From positions 30,525 through 94,524 of the forward strand of contig JBFFUI010000004.1 in NCBI GenBank assembly GCA_041571435.1: 64,000 nucleotides of DNA. The letters run 5' to 3'. Positions 49,859-59,384 of this stretch are shown here, piece by piece. Each line of letters begins with the position of its first letter. The stretch's first letter is position 1. The notes under the pieces are model-generated. The model was not told the origin of the DNA, ran no database searches, and was given only the letters and a program-made list of their open reading frames with translations. The translations under genes were made by a program, and so were the position numbers. This DNA comes from Sulfurimonadaceae bacterium. GTDB taxonomy: Bacteria; Campylobacterota; Campylobacteria; Campylobacterales; Sulfurimonadaceae.

Positions 49859-51682
49859 ATGTTTTTTCCGGAGAAGATGCTGCGTGTCATGATAGCCATA
49901 GAACCTGATCACTGCGACAGTGTTGTTGAGGTCATCGGCCAAAAAGGGTTGCTTCATATCGATCAGCAACGTCAACAGCGCTTTCAAAGCGAGTCGGAGG
50001 CCAATAGGGTCAACACGATGCTGGCACTGTCACGGAAATATATGGCACTGCTGGGCATCACATCTAAAAAAGAGGTGATCGTTTCGGTCGCAGCTCTGCA
50101 GCGCCTTCTTGACGAGACCGAGAACAATCTGGTGCGTATGGGTGCGGAAATTGATGCTCTGGCCTTCCGCCTAGGTGAGTCAAAACTCGAGTTAGATCGT
50201 TTTGAGAAAGCCCTTGCTCTCAAATCGGCCCTTGCCCCAGTAGTCGATGTTGAAAAGCTCTCAACAGAACTGCACACGATCAGGATGCGGGTGGCGATGG
50301 TCACCATGGAGGCGACAGAACTGCTTCGTATCGCTATGAAGCAAAAAGGGCTGCTTCTGGTCGATCAGCCGCTCTTGGAACAGACCAATGCCGTGGTGCT
50401 CTTCTATGAAGAAGAGGATGAAAGCAGTGTCAACAGTGCCCTTAATACCTTTAAGGCGGTCGAGGTCGAAGCGGCGTATCTTTCCGAGGCGTCGCTGAGG
50501 TCCTACCAGCAGACACAGCATGCGCTTCAGCAGGAGAGATCAGCCTTGGCCGATCAATACGCAGGGGCGCTGCAGCATATAGAGAACCGCCTCTACGCGA
50601 TGATGGAGCTCGAACATGCCAAGTCGGCGCTACGTGAGGCTGGTGACAGAGTCATACTGGAGGGGTGGATCCCGCAGAAATACAGAGAGATGTTTCTATC
50701 CGGCATCGACCATGCGACCGTCACCTTTGCGGACTTTGAAGGCGAAGCACCGGTCATGCTGGAGACACCGCCAGCCTTTAAACCGTTTGAAAAGCTCATC
50801 AGCAGTTTTGCCTACCCGAGATACGGCGAGATCAATCCGGTGATACCCTTTGCCTTCTCTTTTTTACTGCTTTTTGGGATCATGTTCGGCGATGTCGGTC
50901 ACGGTCTCATCCTAGCATTGATCGGTTGGAGTGTCAAGCGGATCTACAGCGATTACGCCGATCTGGGTCAGGTCTATTTTCTCAGCGGCCTCTCTTCGGT
51001 CGTATTCGGCTTTCTTTACGGTTCGATATTCGGTGTGCACCACCTGCTGCCGCATCTGATGTTTACGCCGATTGAAAACATCCAGGCGACAATTATCTTC
51101 AGTGTCGGCATCGGGATCGTTATCATCACCTTCAGCTTCTTCCTGCATATTGTGACGGCACTCAAGCGCAAGGAACCAAGTCTGCTCTTTGTGAGTGAAG
51201 GGAGCATCTTGTGGCTTCTGGTCTACTGGTTTACCATCGGTATCTTTGTAAAGGCCCTTGTCCAGAATCTCAACGTCACCTATGAGGTGATGGCACTTGT
51301 CGGGCTGCTTATTATTATCTTTGTCCAGATGCTGCGCAAGAAGATGGAGAAGACGCAGGCGGTCATCGACCTCTTCAGAGAGTTTATGGACACCATCACC
51401 AATACGGTCTCTTTCCTCCGTGTCGGTGCCTTTGCGCTGGCACACGGGGCACTCTTTATGGCGGTATTCAGTATTGCCCAGATCATCAGCGAGAGTCAAG
51501 GTGCGTCATTTTTCTACTGGCTGTCGATAATTGTAGGAAATAGTGTTATTATTGTGCTGGAAGGTGTTGTTGTCACGATCCAGACACTGCGCTTGGAGTA
51601 TTACGAGTTTTTCAAACGCTTCTTTAAAGGCGGCGGCCTTCCATACCGACCTTACACCTTAGGAGAAAAAAATGTACATTAA
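49859..51682 (+). CDS. ntpI: V/A-type ATPase subunit I (a)
   Basis: EGWIP, P.YGEINP, FGIMFGDVGHG, SFLRV (essential Arg), LAH and IQTLRLEYYEFF motifs. Confidence 0.95.
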   Translation: MFFPEKMLRVMIAIEPDHCDSVVEVIGQKGLLHIDQQRQQRFQSESEANRVNTMLALSRKYMALLGITSKKEVIVSVAALQRLLDETENNLVRMGAEIDALAFRLGESKLELDRFEKALALKSALAPVVDVEKLSTELHTIRMRVAMVTMEATELLRIAMKQKGLLLVDQPLLEQTNAVVLFYEEEDESSVNSALNTFKAVEVEAAYLSEASLRSYQQTQHALQQERSALADQYAGALQHIENRLYAMMELEHAKSALREAGDRVILEGWIPQKYREMFLSGIDHATVTFADFEGEAPVMLETPPAFKPFEKLISSFAYPRYGEINPVIPFAFSFLLLFGIMFGDVGHGLILALIGWSVKRIYSDYADLGQVYFLSGLSSVVFGFLYGSIFGVHHLLPHLMFTPIENIQATIIFSVGIGIVIITFSFFLHIVTALKRKEPSLLFVSEGSILWLLVYWFTIGIFVKALVQNLNVTYEVMALVGLLIIIFVQMLRKKMEKTQAVIDLFREFMDTITNTVSFLRVGAFALAHGALFMAVFSIAQIISESQGASFFYWLSIIVGNSVIIVLEGVVVTIQTLRLEYYEFFKRFFKGGGLPYRPYTLGEKNVH

Positions 51683-51965
51683 ACGATTGTTTATCCTCTC
51701 TTGGCTGTTTATGCCGCTCATCGCATCGGCTTCAGAGTCAACCATCTCGGACAAAGGGGCGGCCTATCTTGCGGCGGCGCTTGCCGTTGGCCTGTCGACT
51801 ATTGCCGGGGGTATTGCCGTCGGTCTTGTCGGTGCGGCTGCAATGGGGGCCATCGGTGAAAAACCGGAGATCTCCGGTAAAGCGCTTATCTTTCTCGGGC
51901 TTGCCGAAGGTATCGCCATCTACGGTCTGATTATCGCGATCATGATACTAGGCAGAGTGGGATGA
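51672..51965 (+). CDS. ntpK: V/A-type ATPase proteolipid subunit K (c), single hairpin
   Basis: Signal-like N-terminus; GAIGEKPE loop; LAEGIAIYG carrying the ion-binding Glu. Confidence 0.93.
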   Translation: MYIKRLFILSWLFMPLIASASESTISDKGAAYLAAALAVGLSTIAGGIAVGLVGAAAMGAIGEKPEISGKALIFLGLAEGIAIYGLIIAIMILGRVG

Positions 51966-52264
51966 AACTGGTTGTTGTCGGCAATGAGGAGGAGTCACTG
52001 GGCTTCTCGCTTGCAGGCATAGAAGGGGTCGTTGTGGATGATGAAGTGATGTTCGTTGAGACGATGCAGCATCTGCTTGACGACAGAGAGATCGGTGTCA
52101 TCGCCGTTGCCGACCGCTACTTTGCGCTCTTTGCGGAGCGCTTCAGCGGTGTCATCAAAAAGCAGGCGGTTCCGGCTGTCGTCTTTATCCCGTCCATCGA
52201 CGGCACCCACCATCAGAGAAGTCTAAAGGAGTACCTTGCCAATATCCTCGGTATCCGACTTTGA
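51962..52264 (+). CDS. ntpF: V/A-type ATPase subunit F
   Basis: VVGNEE..LGFSLAGI, IGVIAV and PAVVFIPS motifs. Confidence 0.92.
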   Translation: MKLVVVGNEEESLGFSLAGIEGVVVDDEVMFVETMQHLLDDREIGVIAVADRYFALFAERFSGVIKKQAVPAVVFIPSIDGTHHQRSLKEYLANILGIRL

Positions 52265-52793
52265 ACGTTTTGCACGCAAGTGCCGCAAAAATATTGCCGA
52301 AAAGGTCCAAAAGAGAGAGACAGATGCCGCGGCATATGTGCTTGACAAAGAGAAAGCGACCCTGAACACCATCGAAGCGTGGCGGGTACTTTCGACGGCC
52401 GAGTGGCAGCAGGAGCTTCAGTCACGAAGGCAGCAGGGCGAGCGGCGTATCGCCGATGAGGTTGACCGGCAGTGGTCCGCGTTTAAAAAAGAGCGCAAAA
52501 AGGAGCTGAAAGCGGCGTTGAGAAGACGTTTACAAGAGGAATTTCCAGCGCTGGCAGCCTGTTTCGTCGACTGGGTCGCAGGTCGCTATGAAAGCGGTGT
52601 TTTCACAATGCCAAAAGCCTATTGGTCACTGGTGAAGGGTGAACGGTTTGAGGTGCAGGAGTGTAATGAAGAGCAGCTCATCTTCGCAAACGGCAACCTC
52701 TTCATCGAGTATTCGGTCGAACGCATTATTGATGAACTCGGCGACGAGATCGCGAAACAGATGCATTTTGAGGAGAACGAATGGCAAGCATAA
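52236..52793 (+). CDS. V/A-type ATPase subunit E-like (divergent)
   Basis: TTG start with AAGGAG RBS; N-terminal coiled coil plus small globular domain; lies between subunits F and A. Confidence 0.7.
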   Translation: MPISSVSDFERFARKCRKNIAEKVQKRETDAAAYVLDKEKATLNTIEAWRVLSTAEWQQELQSRRQQGERRIADEVDRQWSAFKKERKKELKAALRRRLQEEFPALAACFVDWVAGRYESGVFTMPKAYWSLVKGERFEVQECNEEQLIFANGNLFIEYSVERIIDELGDEIAKQMHFEENEWQA

Positions 52794-54526
52794 TCTCAAT
52801 TTTGGGCCCTATTGTCAAGGTCCGCCTCAGTGGTGAAAACGTCCGGATCCAGGATGTCGCCTATGTGGGCGAGGCCGGTCTGGTCGGCGAGGTGATCGAA
52901 CGCGAACTTGACAGTGCCGTGGTGCAGGTCTATGAAGAGACTGAGGGGCTCAGACTCGGAGAAAATGTGCATTTCACTTCGGAGATGCTCAGTGCGGAGC
53001 TGGGACCGGGACTGCTCGGCGCTATCTACGACGGCATACAACGTCCTCTCACACTGGCGGGTGCCCGGATGGAGAAGGGGCTCAGACTGGCACCGCTGGA
53101 CAGAGAGAAAGCGTGGCATTTCGTTCCGAAGATCAAGGTCGGCGAAAAGCTCAAAGCCGGAGATATCATCGGGGTAGCGGGCGAGAAGGAGGGATTCGCG
53201 TACCGCATTATGGTGCCGCCTGAGATGGAGGGCACCGTCATTTTTGCTGCTGGTGAAGGCGATTACAGAGTCGATGCGTTGGTCGTTGAATTCGAAGGGG
53301 GCGAAAAGCTCAGTATGAGTCAGCGCTGGCCGGTGCGGATACCCCGTCCTTTCAAAGAGCGGGTCGTCTCAGGCAAACCGATGATCACCGGGCAACGGAT
53401 CATCGACTTTCTCTTTCCTATCAGTGAAGGGGGGAGCGCGTCTATACCGGGCGGCTTCGGTACGGGCAAGACCATCCTGCAGCAGACCCTGGCCAAATGG
53501 AGCGATGCCGATATTATCGTCTATATCGGCTGCGGCGAGCGCGGCAACGAGATGACGGAGGTGCTTCAGGAGTTCCCCGAGCTTGAAGATCCAAAAAGCG
53601 GTAAACGGCTCATCGAGCGGACAGTGCTAATTGCCAACACCTCCGATATGCCGGTCTCTGCCCGCGAAGCGTCGATCTACATGGGGCTGACGATCGCAGA
53701 GTACTTTCGTGACATGGGCTATACTGTCGCGCTGATGGCCGACTCAACTTCGCGATGGGCCGAGGCGATGCGCGAGCTCTCCGGACGGATGAACGAACTG
53801 CCGGCAGAAGAGGGCTTCCCTTCATACTTGGCGTCGCGCATTGCTTCGGTCTATGAACGTGCGGGGGCGGTCAAGACACTGGGGGAGCGATCAGGTGCGG
53901 TGACAATGATCGGAGCCGTCTCGCCTCCTGGTGGTGATTTTTCAGAACCGGTGACACGCCATACCCAGCGTTTTACCTCTGTCTTTTGGGCGCTGGACAA
54001 AGAACTGGCAAATGCGCGATTCTACCCCTCCATCAACCATCTACTGAGCCACAGTGCTTATGCGGAGGGCGTCAAGCAGTGGTGGGAGACGGGCTATCCG
54101 GGTTGGGAGGCACTTCGTCTCTGGATCATCGAGCTGCTACAGCGCGACGAGAAACTGCAGCGCATCGTCAAACTCCTCGGCAGCGAAGCCCTGCCGGAGG
54201 ACCAGAAACTGACCCTTTTCATGGCCGACCTTGTCAAAGAGTTCTTTCTGCAGCAAAACGCCTTTGACGAGATCGACATGCACGCTTCACCTGCCAAACA
54301 GATGCGCATGGCTGAGGCTCTGCAGGCTCTGCACGTCTGGTGGGAACGCTGTTACAGCCAAAAAGGAATCCCCGTAGCACAGCTCAAAGAGCAGTCGGCC
54401 GTCCAGGAGCTGCTCTACGCAAGACAGGGTGTCCCCAATAGTGATACGGCGTGGTTTACGGCGTGGAATGAACGGATGCAGGAGCAGTATGAAACACTGC
54501 TGCTCAGTTTTGGAGAGCTTTCATGA
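52781..54526 (+). CDS. ntpA: V/A-type ATPase catalytic subunit A
   Basis: QVYEET.G, ELGPGLLG.IYDGIQRPL, GGFGTGKT, GCGERGNEM, DSTSRWAEA, PAEEGFPSYL and SPPGGDFSEPVT motifs. Confidence 0.97.
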   Translation: MASIISILGPIVKVRLSGENVRIQDVAYVGEAGLVGEVIERELDSAVVQVYEETEGLRLGENVHFTSEMLSAELGPGLLGAIYDGIQRPLTLAGARMEKGLRLAPLDREKAWHFVPKIKVGEKLKAGDIIGVAGEKEGFAYRIMVPPEMEGTVIFAAGEGDYRVDALVVEFEGGEKLSMSQRWPVRIPRPFKERVVSGKPMITGQRIIDFLFPISEGGSASIPGGFGTGKTILQQTLAKWSDADIIVYIGCGERGNEMTEVLQEFPELEDPKSGKRLIERTVLIANTSDMPVSAREASIYMGLTIAEYFRDMGYTVALMADSTSRWAEAMRELSGRMNELPAEEGFPSYLASRIASVYERAGAVKTLGERSGAVTMIGAVSPPGGDFSEPVTRHTQRFTSVFWALDKELANARFYPSINHLLSHSAYAEGVKQWWETGYPGWEALRLWIIELLQRDEKLQRIVKLLGSEALPEDQKLTLFMADLVKEFFLQQNAFDEIDMHASPAKQMRMAEALQALHVWWERCYSQKGIPVAQLKEQSAVQELLYARQGVPNSDTAWFTAWNERMQEQYETLLLSFGELS

Positions 54527-55866
54527 TCATCGAATATACAGGCGCACAGAAACTTAAAGGTTCACTTCTTTTTTTCGAACCTGTAGACGATGTCCGCTAC
54601 GGCGAGAAAGTGGTGATCCGCTCCAACGATAAGGTACTCTACGGTAAGGTCGCGGTGCTCTCCGAGAGCGTGATGCTCATCGAGATACTGGGCGAGCCTT
54701 ACGGTCTCGACATCGATAATCTGAAGGTCCATTTCAGCGGCAGCACTTTTGAGCTCGGGGTAAGCGAGCGTATGCTGGGAAGGGTTCTTAACGCCTTCGG
54801 TGAGCCGACGGACGGCGGGGCTGAACTCCACTATGAGAAGCGCATGCCGATCGGCGGTTCCGCCTACAACCCGGCGCAGCGGAACTATCCGCAGGACTTT
54901 GTACAGACGGGGGTGTCGGCGATCGATGGTCTGAACGTGCTGGTCAAAGGGCAGAAGCTTCCGGTCTTCTCGGTCGCCGGTGCAGCAACCAACGAACTGG
55001 CCGCGCAACTGGTGCGCCAGATACGTCCTTCGGAGAAAAAGGGTGCTGTGGTCTTTGCCGCGATGGGGATAAAGTACGAAGATGCCATGGCGCTTATGCA
55101 GGGCATCAGTGCCGGTGGCAACTTCAACTCGACGGCGGTCTTTTTGAACCTGGCGGACGAGCCGAGCATCAATACCTTGTTGCTGGCACGCTCGGCGCTC
55201 ACTTTTGCAGAGTACCTGGCCTTTGAGAAGGGCTACGACGTCGTCACCATCCTTTACGATATGACCAACTACTGCGACGCCCTCAGAGAGGTCTCGTCGC
55301 GGCGCGAAGAGATCCCGAGCCGAAAAGGGTACCCGGGTTATATGTACAGTGATCTCGCTTCCATTTATGAGCGCGCCGGTATTCTGAAAGGGCATGAGGG
55401 GTCGCTGACACAGATCCCTATCCTGACAATGCCTGATGGTGATATCACCCATCCCATCCCGGATCTTACGGGTTACATCACCGAAGGGCAGATCGTGCTC
55501 GAGCGCGATCTGCAGCAAAAAGGGATCTACCCGCCTATCAATGTCCTGCCGTCGCTTTCGCGCTTGATGAACCATGGGACGGAGCCGCTGCACCGTCGGT
55601 GGTCTGCAGAGATCTATGCCGCTTATGCCAAAGCAAAAAAAGCGGAGATGCTCGCCTCCATCATCGGCGAAGGGGAGATGGCTGAGACAGAGCGCGATTA
55701 CCTCGCTTTCGGCAAGGCTTTTGAACGGCGTTTTATCACCCAGAGAGAGGACGAAGAGCGTACGCTTGACGAGACCATGGCCATAGGATGGGAACTGCTG
55801 AGACTGCTGCCTGTCGGATCGTTGACGCGGCTTAAACCCAAAGATATTGCCGAGCACCTGCAATGA
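54523..55866 (+). CDS. ntpB: V/A-type ATPase subunit B
   Basis: QTGVSAID, GQKLPVFS, DMTNYCDALRE, RKGYPGYMYSDLASIYERAG, THPIPDLTGYITEGQI and VLPSLSRLM motifs. Confidence 0.97.
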   Translation: MIIEYTGAQKLKGSLLFFEPVDDVRYGEKVVIRSNDKVLYGKVAVLSESVMLIEILGEPYGLDIDNLKVHFSGSTFELGVSERMLGRVLNAFGEPTDGGAELHYEKRMPIGGSAYNPAQRNYPQDFVQTGVSAIDGLNVLVKGQKLPVFSVAGAATNELAAQLVRQIRPSEKKGAVVFAAMGIKYEDAMALMQGISAGGNFNSTAVFLNLADEPSINTLLLARSALTFAEYLAFEKGYDVVTILYDMTNYCDALREVSSRREEIPSRKGYPGYMYSDLASIYERAGILKGHEGSLTQIPILTMPDGDITHPIPDLTGYITEGQIVLERDLQQKGIYPPINVLPSLSRLMNHGTEPLHRRWSAEIYAAYAKAKKAEMLASIIGEGEMAETERDYLAFGKAFERRFITQREDEERTLDETMAIGWELLRLLPVGSLTRLKPKDIAEHLQ

Positions 55867-56465
55867 TCCATGCCAAGAACAAGACCGCACTGCTGGAGCT
55901 TAAAAAAGACCTTGAACTGGTGCATAATGGCGCCGAGATCCTTGAAGAGAAGCGCAATATCCTGCTTAAAGAGATCATCGCGCTTCTGGACGAGGTCGAA
56001 GAGGAGCGCATTAAGCTCAACGAGTCTGTACAGGCGAGTTACCGTCTGCTCATAAAGGCCTTTATGGAGAGCGGAAAAAGTCAGCTCAAAAGAGAGGCGG
56101 CACTGCCGCTCTTTAACGGCAAACTGCAGGTCTATGAAAAGAGTTTCATCGGCATCCTCACCCCCAAGATGAGCTACGAACTGGAGCAGGTGCGTTTCCC
56201 TCTGGACATCAGCGCCGAAACTCTCTTTTTAGAGGTGGCACGCAAGTCCTTCATCGACACGACCGAGCAGATCCTTGCGCTTGTCGAGATAGAGTTCAAA
56301 GCGTGGCGTCTTGCCGAAGAGCTCAAAAAGACCGTTGTCAGGGTTAATGCCCTGCAGAAGTACTATGTGCCGGAATACGACAAGGCCATCAAAGAGACGA
56401 TGGCTTCGCTCGAAGAGGTGGAGCGTGAGTTTTTGATCGTTGTCAAAAAGGCGAAAGAGCGCTAA
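55863..56465 (+). CDS. ntpD: V/A-type ATPase subunit D
   Basis: L..LKK.L....G..IL.EKR N-terminal helix; EL.KT..RVNAL...P and L.E.ERE. Confidence 0.93.
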   Translation: MIHAKNKTALLELKKDLELVHNGAEILEEKRNILLKEIIALLDEVEEERIKLNESVQASYRLLIKAFMESGKSQLKREAALPLFNGKLQVYEKSFIGILTPKMSYELEQVRFPLDISAETLFLEVARKSFIDTTEQILALVEIEFKAWRLAEELKKTVVRVNALQKYYVPEYDKAIKETMASLEEVEREFLIVVKKAKER

Positions 56466-56504
56466 GAACCGATTTGAGGCAGATGATGGACACCCGCCGT
56501 CCAC

Positions 56505-57107
56505 TCACTTCTCTTTACAGGTGACATCTTTACCCAAGAGGGCCTCTTCCTTTTTTGCCTCTTCGCACTGCTGCTTCGTCAAAACACTCTCTTTGAACGT
56601 TGTTTTCCAGAGGATGGTGCCGCTTATGTTACTGTCGGTTAGGTCGTTGCGGTAGAAGGTGGCATCGCCCAGTTCACTGTTACTGAAATCTGCGTGTTTT
56701 ATCTTGGCATTGCTGAAATCTGCTTTCCAGGAGATACTCTCACTGAGATCACTGTTTTTCAAGATGGCATGGGTAAGCTTTGCCCCTTTGAAGTTAGCTT
56801 TGTGTGCGTTGACGCCGCTCAAGTTGCATGATGACAGGTCCGCTTTCCAGAAAATGGCCCCTTCAAGGTTCGCTCCACGGAGATCACTCCCTTGCAGCTC
56901 CGAGTAAAACAGGTTGGTGTTTTGTAGGTTCGTCCCTTGAAGATTTGCGCCTTTCAGCTCAAATCCGATCAGATCCAGGCCGCTCATGTCGGCACCGCTG
57001 AAGTCACAGTTCTCACAGCTCTCCTCGTCCAAAAGTCTGTCGATATGGTGCTGATCAAATCCAAAAAGAAGTGTCGATAAAACGACAGAGTAAAAAAACG
57101 TTCTCAT
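56505..57107 (-). CDS. Secreted pentapeptide-repeat protein
   Basis: Signal peptide, CENC cap, long A(D/N)(L/F)xx pentapeptide repeat run. Confidence 0.9.
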   Translation of the reverse strand: MRTFFYSVVLSTLLFGFDQHHIDRLLDEESCENCDFSGADMSGLDLIGFELKGANLQGTNLQNTNLFYSELQGSDLRGANLEGAIFWKADLSSCNLSGVNAHKANFKGAKLTHAILKNSDLSESISWKADFSNAKIKHADFSNSELGDATFYRNDLTDSNISGTILWKTTFKESVLTKQQCEEAKKEEALLGKDVTCKEK

Positions 57108-57505
57108 CTGCTCTCTGTCTCTTGTACGATCTGTTTAAGCTGTTGTAAAAAAGGTGCGGCTCTTGATGACCCGACAAATTTTCCTCTGCTTCTGCCCTCT
57201 TTGTCAACAAAGAACATCGTGGGAATGCCGAAATAGTCAAAACCGCTCGGGAGATCGTCTCTGTGAACATCTTTTTCCAACATAACGAAATGCTTCTTCA
57301 AAAACATCTGTACGTTCTGCTCTTTGAAGACCTTCTCTTTCATGTAGGCACACTGTGGGCACGATTGTGCACTGTACAACATCAAAACGAGCTTGTCGCT
57401 GTTCTGGTCATGTTGATATATCTTTTTAAAAGCGGGGTCATCCTCTATTGTCAGGCCAAGGGCAGAGATGGCAAGCAGAAGAATAAGCAGGAGTTTTTGT
57501 GGCAT
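57104..57505 (-). CDS. Exported thioredoxin-fold protein (SoxW/thioredoxin_2-like)
   Basis: Signal peptide, CPQC, M...VF, and GIPTMFFVD.EG cis-Pro motif. Confidence 0.85.
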   Translation of the reverse strand: MPQKLLLILLLAISALGLTIEDDPAFKKIYQHDQNSDKLVLMLYSAQSCPQCAYMKEKVFKEQNVQMFLKKHFVMLEKDVHRDDLPSGFDYFGIPTMFFVDKEGRSRGKFVGSSRAAPFLQQLKQIVQETESR

Positions 57506-57655
57506 AGTCAGGGTCTTTTTTTAAATAGATGGTTGTATTTTAGCATAAGCGTTTTGTCCGATATGTGGAGAGAAAGGAGAAGTTGGTAGATAAGAATGGG
57601 GATGGTGAACGTTTCAAACAGCAGGAGAGATGCGTTATTCAGGGAAGGCGCTTCG

Positions 57656-58654
57656 TCAAATTTTGTAATTAGGAGCAACCGTTATAACGACTTTTCCCTT
57701 TTTGTGTCCCTCTCCAAAGTACCGCACAGCGTCAGCCGTCTCGCTTAAAGGGTAGCATTTGTCAATGACGGGCGCGACTTTTTTGGCTTCGAAAAGTTCC
57801 TGCATAAGCGCCAGTCCTTTGTTGGGTATGTGGAGCAGAAGACCCATCTTCTTGCTCCCGGTCATGGTGATCAGCGGTCCCAGTAAAATGCTTTGCAAGG
57901 CCTGCATGTTGGCACCTCCAACCAGGAGATAGACTCCGTTGGGCGACAATGAACGTCGGCAGTCGAAGATGGAGTGGTGTGCCTGCATGTCAAGGATGCG
58001 GTCATACTGCTGGCCGTTTTTGGTGAAATTCTCTTTTGTGTAGTCGATGACATGGTCCGCCCCGATGGAGCGGACAAACTCCATCTTCTTAGTGCTGCAG
58101 ACGCCGGTCACTTCGGCACCGAAAGCCTTGCCAAGCTGTACCGCGAAGGTTCCGGCGCCTCCGGAGGCACCGTTGATGAGAAGTCTGTCTCCCGGTTGGA
58201 TCCCGCCAAATTTTTGAAGCCCCTGAAGGGCAAGAAGGGCGGCCTGCGGCGTGGCTGCGGCCTGCTCAAACGTCATCGTCTTCGGTTTAAAAGCCAAGGC
58301 ATCTTCACGGGCGCAGACATATTCGGCAAAACCACCGAAGCCGCAGCCGGAGAGATCCCCGAATACTTCGTCACCCGCGCGGAACTGTTTAACGTTTTTG
58401 CCAACCTCCGCGACCTCACCCGCGATGTCACAGCCCAGTATCAGGATCTTCGTCGGCTTAAATAGCCCGGCCATCATACGGTTTGCGAAGGGAATGCCTT
58501 GGAGGAGCTGCCAGTCCCAATCATTGACAGAGACCGTATGTACTTTGACAAGCACTTCATCGTCCTTTGGTGTCGGTTTATCATACTCACTCAGTTCGAG
58601 ATCGTCAGGCCCACCGTACTTTCTGAAAATAACCGCTTTCATAACCTTCTCCAT
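57656..58654 (-). CDS. Zn-independent MDR family NAD(P)-dependent oxidoreductase (quinone oxidoreductase-like)
   Basis: YGGPD.L, SVNDWD, GCDIAGEV, GGFAEY, INGASGGAG, GADHVIDY and GKVVI motifs. Confidence 0.9.
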   Translation of the reverse strand: MEKVMKAVIFRKYGGPDDLELSEYDKPTPKDDEVLVKVHTVSVNDWDWQLLQGIPFANRMMAGLFKPTKILILGCDIAGEVAEVGKNVKQFRAGDEVFGDLSGCGFGGFAEYVCAREDALAFKPKTMTFEQAAATPQAALLALQGLQKFGGIQPGDRLLINGASGGAGTFAVQLGKAFGAEVTGVCSTKKMEFVRSIGADHVIDYTKENFTKNGQQYDRILDMQAHHSIFDCRRSLSPNGVYLLVGGANMQALQSILLGPLITMTGSKKMGLLLHIPNKGLALMQELFEAKKVAPVIDKCYPLSETADAVRYFGEGHKKGKVVITVAPNYKI

Positions 58655-58780
58655 AACTGTCTATTGGTATATCTTATACCGATGAGGCTTAAACATCGAA
58701 GAACGAAGGAGAAGGTGCTACAGATCTACTGTCCGAGACCGTTCAATCGTGCTTCTAAACGCCATACCTGTGAAAGAGCG

Positions 58781-59197
58781 TCAGTATGTGTGTAAAGGGG
58801 TGCGCTTATGCCGATAGTTTTTTTTTGGTTTGCACCATTGCTGAGCAGCGTCAAGCGAGGTGAAGATGCGGACTTCACCTGACCCCTCCAGATTCTGAAA
58901 AAGGGCAGCAAACTCATGACATAATCCTAGAGAGTAGATATCTCTGGCAACAAGCGCCTTTTTTATATATTGCACCGAGAGTGTCGAAGCCCAAGTGATG
59001 TAGGCCGGTTGCTTGACATCCTCTTTAGTGATATCAGACGTATCGCAGTCAAGAAAATTCCATATTGAACAGTGGTAGTGTGCGAAGGCTCTGCTTCCAT
59101 GCAGAATACCATTCGCCTCGTTCACCTCTATGATGTCGGTTCGATTGAAAAAGGTGAAGAGGCTTGCGTTATCTCCCCAAGTCACATCGTACGCCAC
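58781..59197 (-). CDS. Hypothetical protein (possibly SpoIIAA-like fold)
   Basis: GTG start with AGAGGAG RBS; C-terminal RIFTSLDAAQQW resembles SpoIIAA-like proteins. Confidence 0.6.
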   Translation of the reverse strand: MAYDVTWGDNASLFTFFNRTDIIEVNEANGILHGSRAFAHYHCSIWNFLDCDTSDITKEDVKQPAYITWASTLSVQYIKKALVARDIYSLGLCHEFAALFQNLEGSGEVRIFTSLDAAQQWCKPKKNYRHKRTPLHTY

Positions 59198-59351
59198 GGA
59201 TAACTCCTCTGGATGTAATTTCGCGATGATTATAGTGTTTGTTTGTTACATTACTGTTAAGTTCTAATAGGACTACAAAAAAGTTTTAATTGTGTGCTTC
59301 AGTTGTGTTGAAAATGTTTCATACGGGATACAGGCATGCAAAATGATTTTA

Positions 59352-59380
59352 TGTATAATATAGACAAGAGCTAAAGGAGC
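59352..59380 (+). promoter_or_regulatory. -10 box and RBS of the hydrogenase operon
   Basis: tgTATAAT at about 59352-59359 and AAGGAG just upstream of ATG 59385. Confidence 0.55.
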
Positions 59381-59384
59381 AGTC

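Noticed and set aside
54562-55890. 442-aa antisense ORF
   Set aside because: Lies opposite V/A-ATPase subunit B; no recognisable motifs; typical shadow ORF of a codon-biased, GC-richer gene.
59331-59348. sigma54-like AGGCATGCAAAATGA upstream of the hydrogenase
   Set aside because: Has GA rather than the conserved GC at -12; an adjacent TATAAT explains the promoter more simply.
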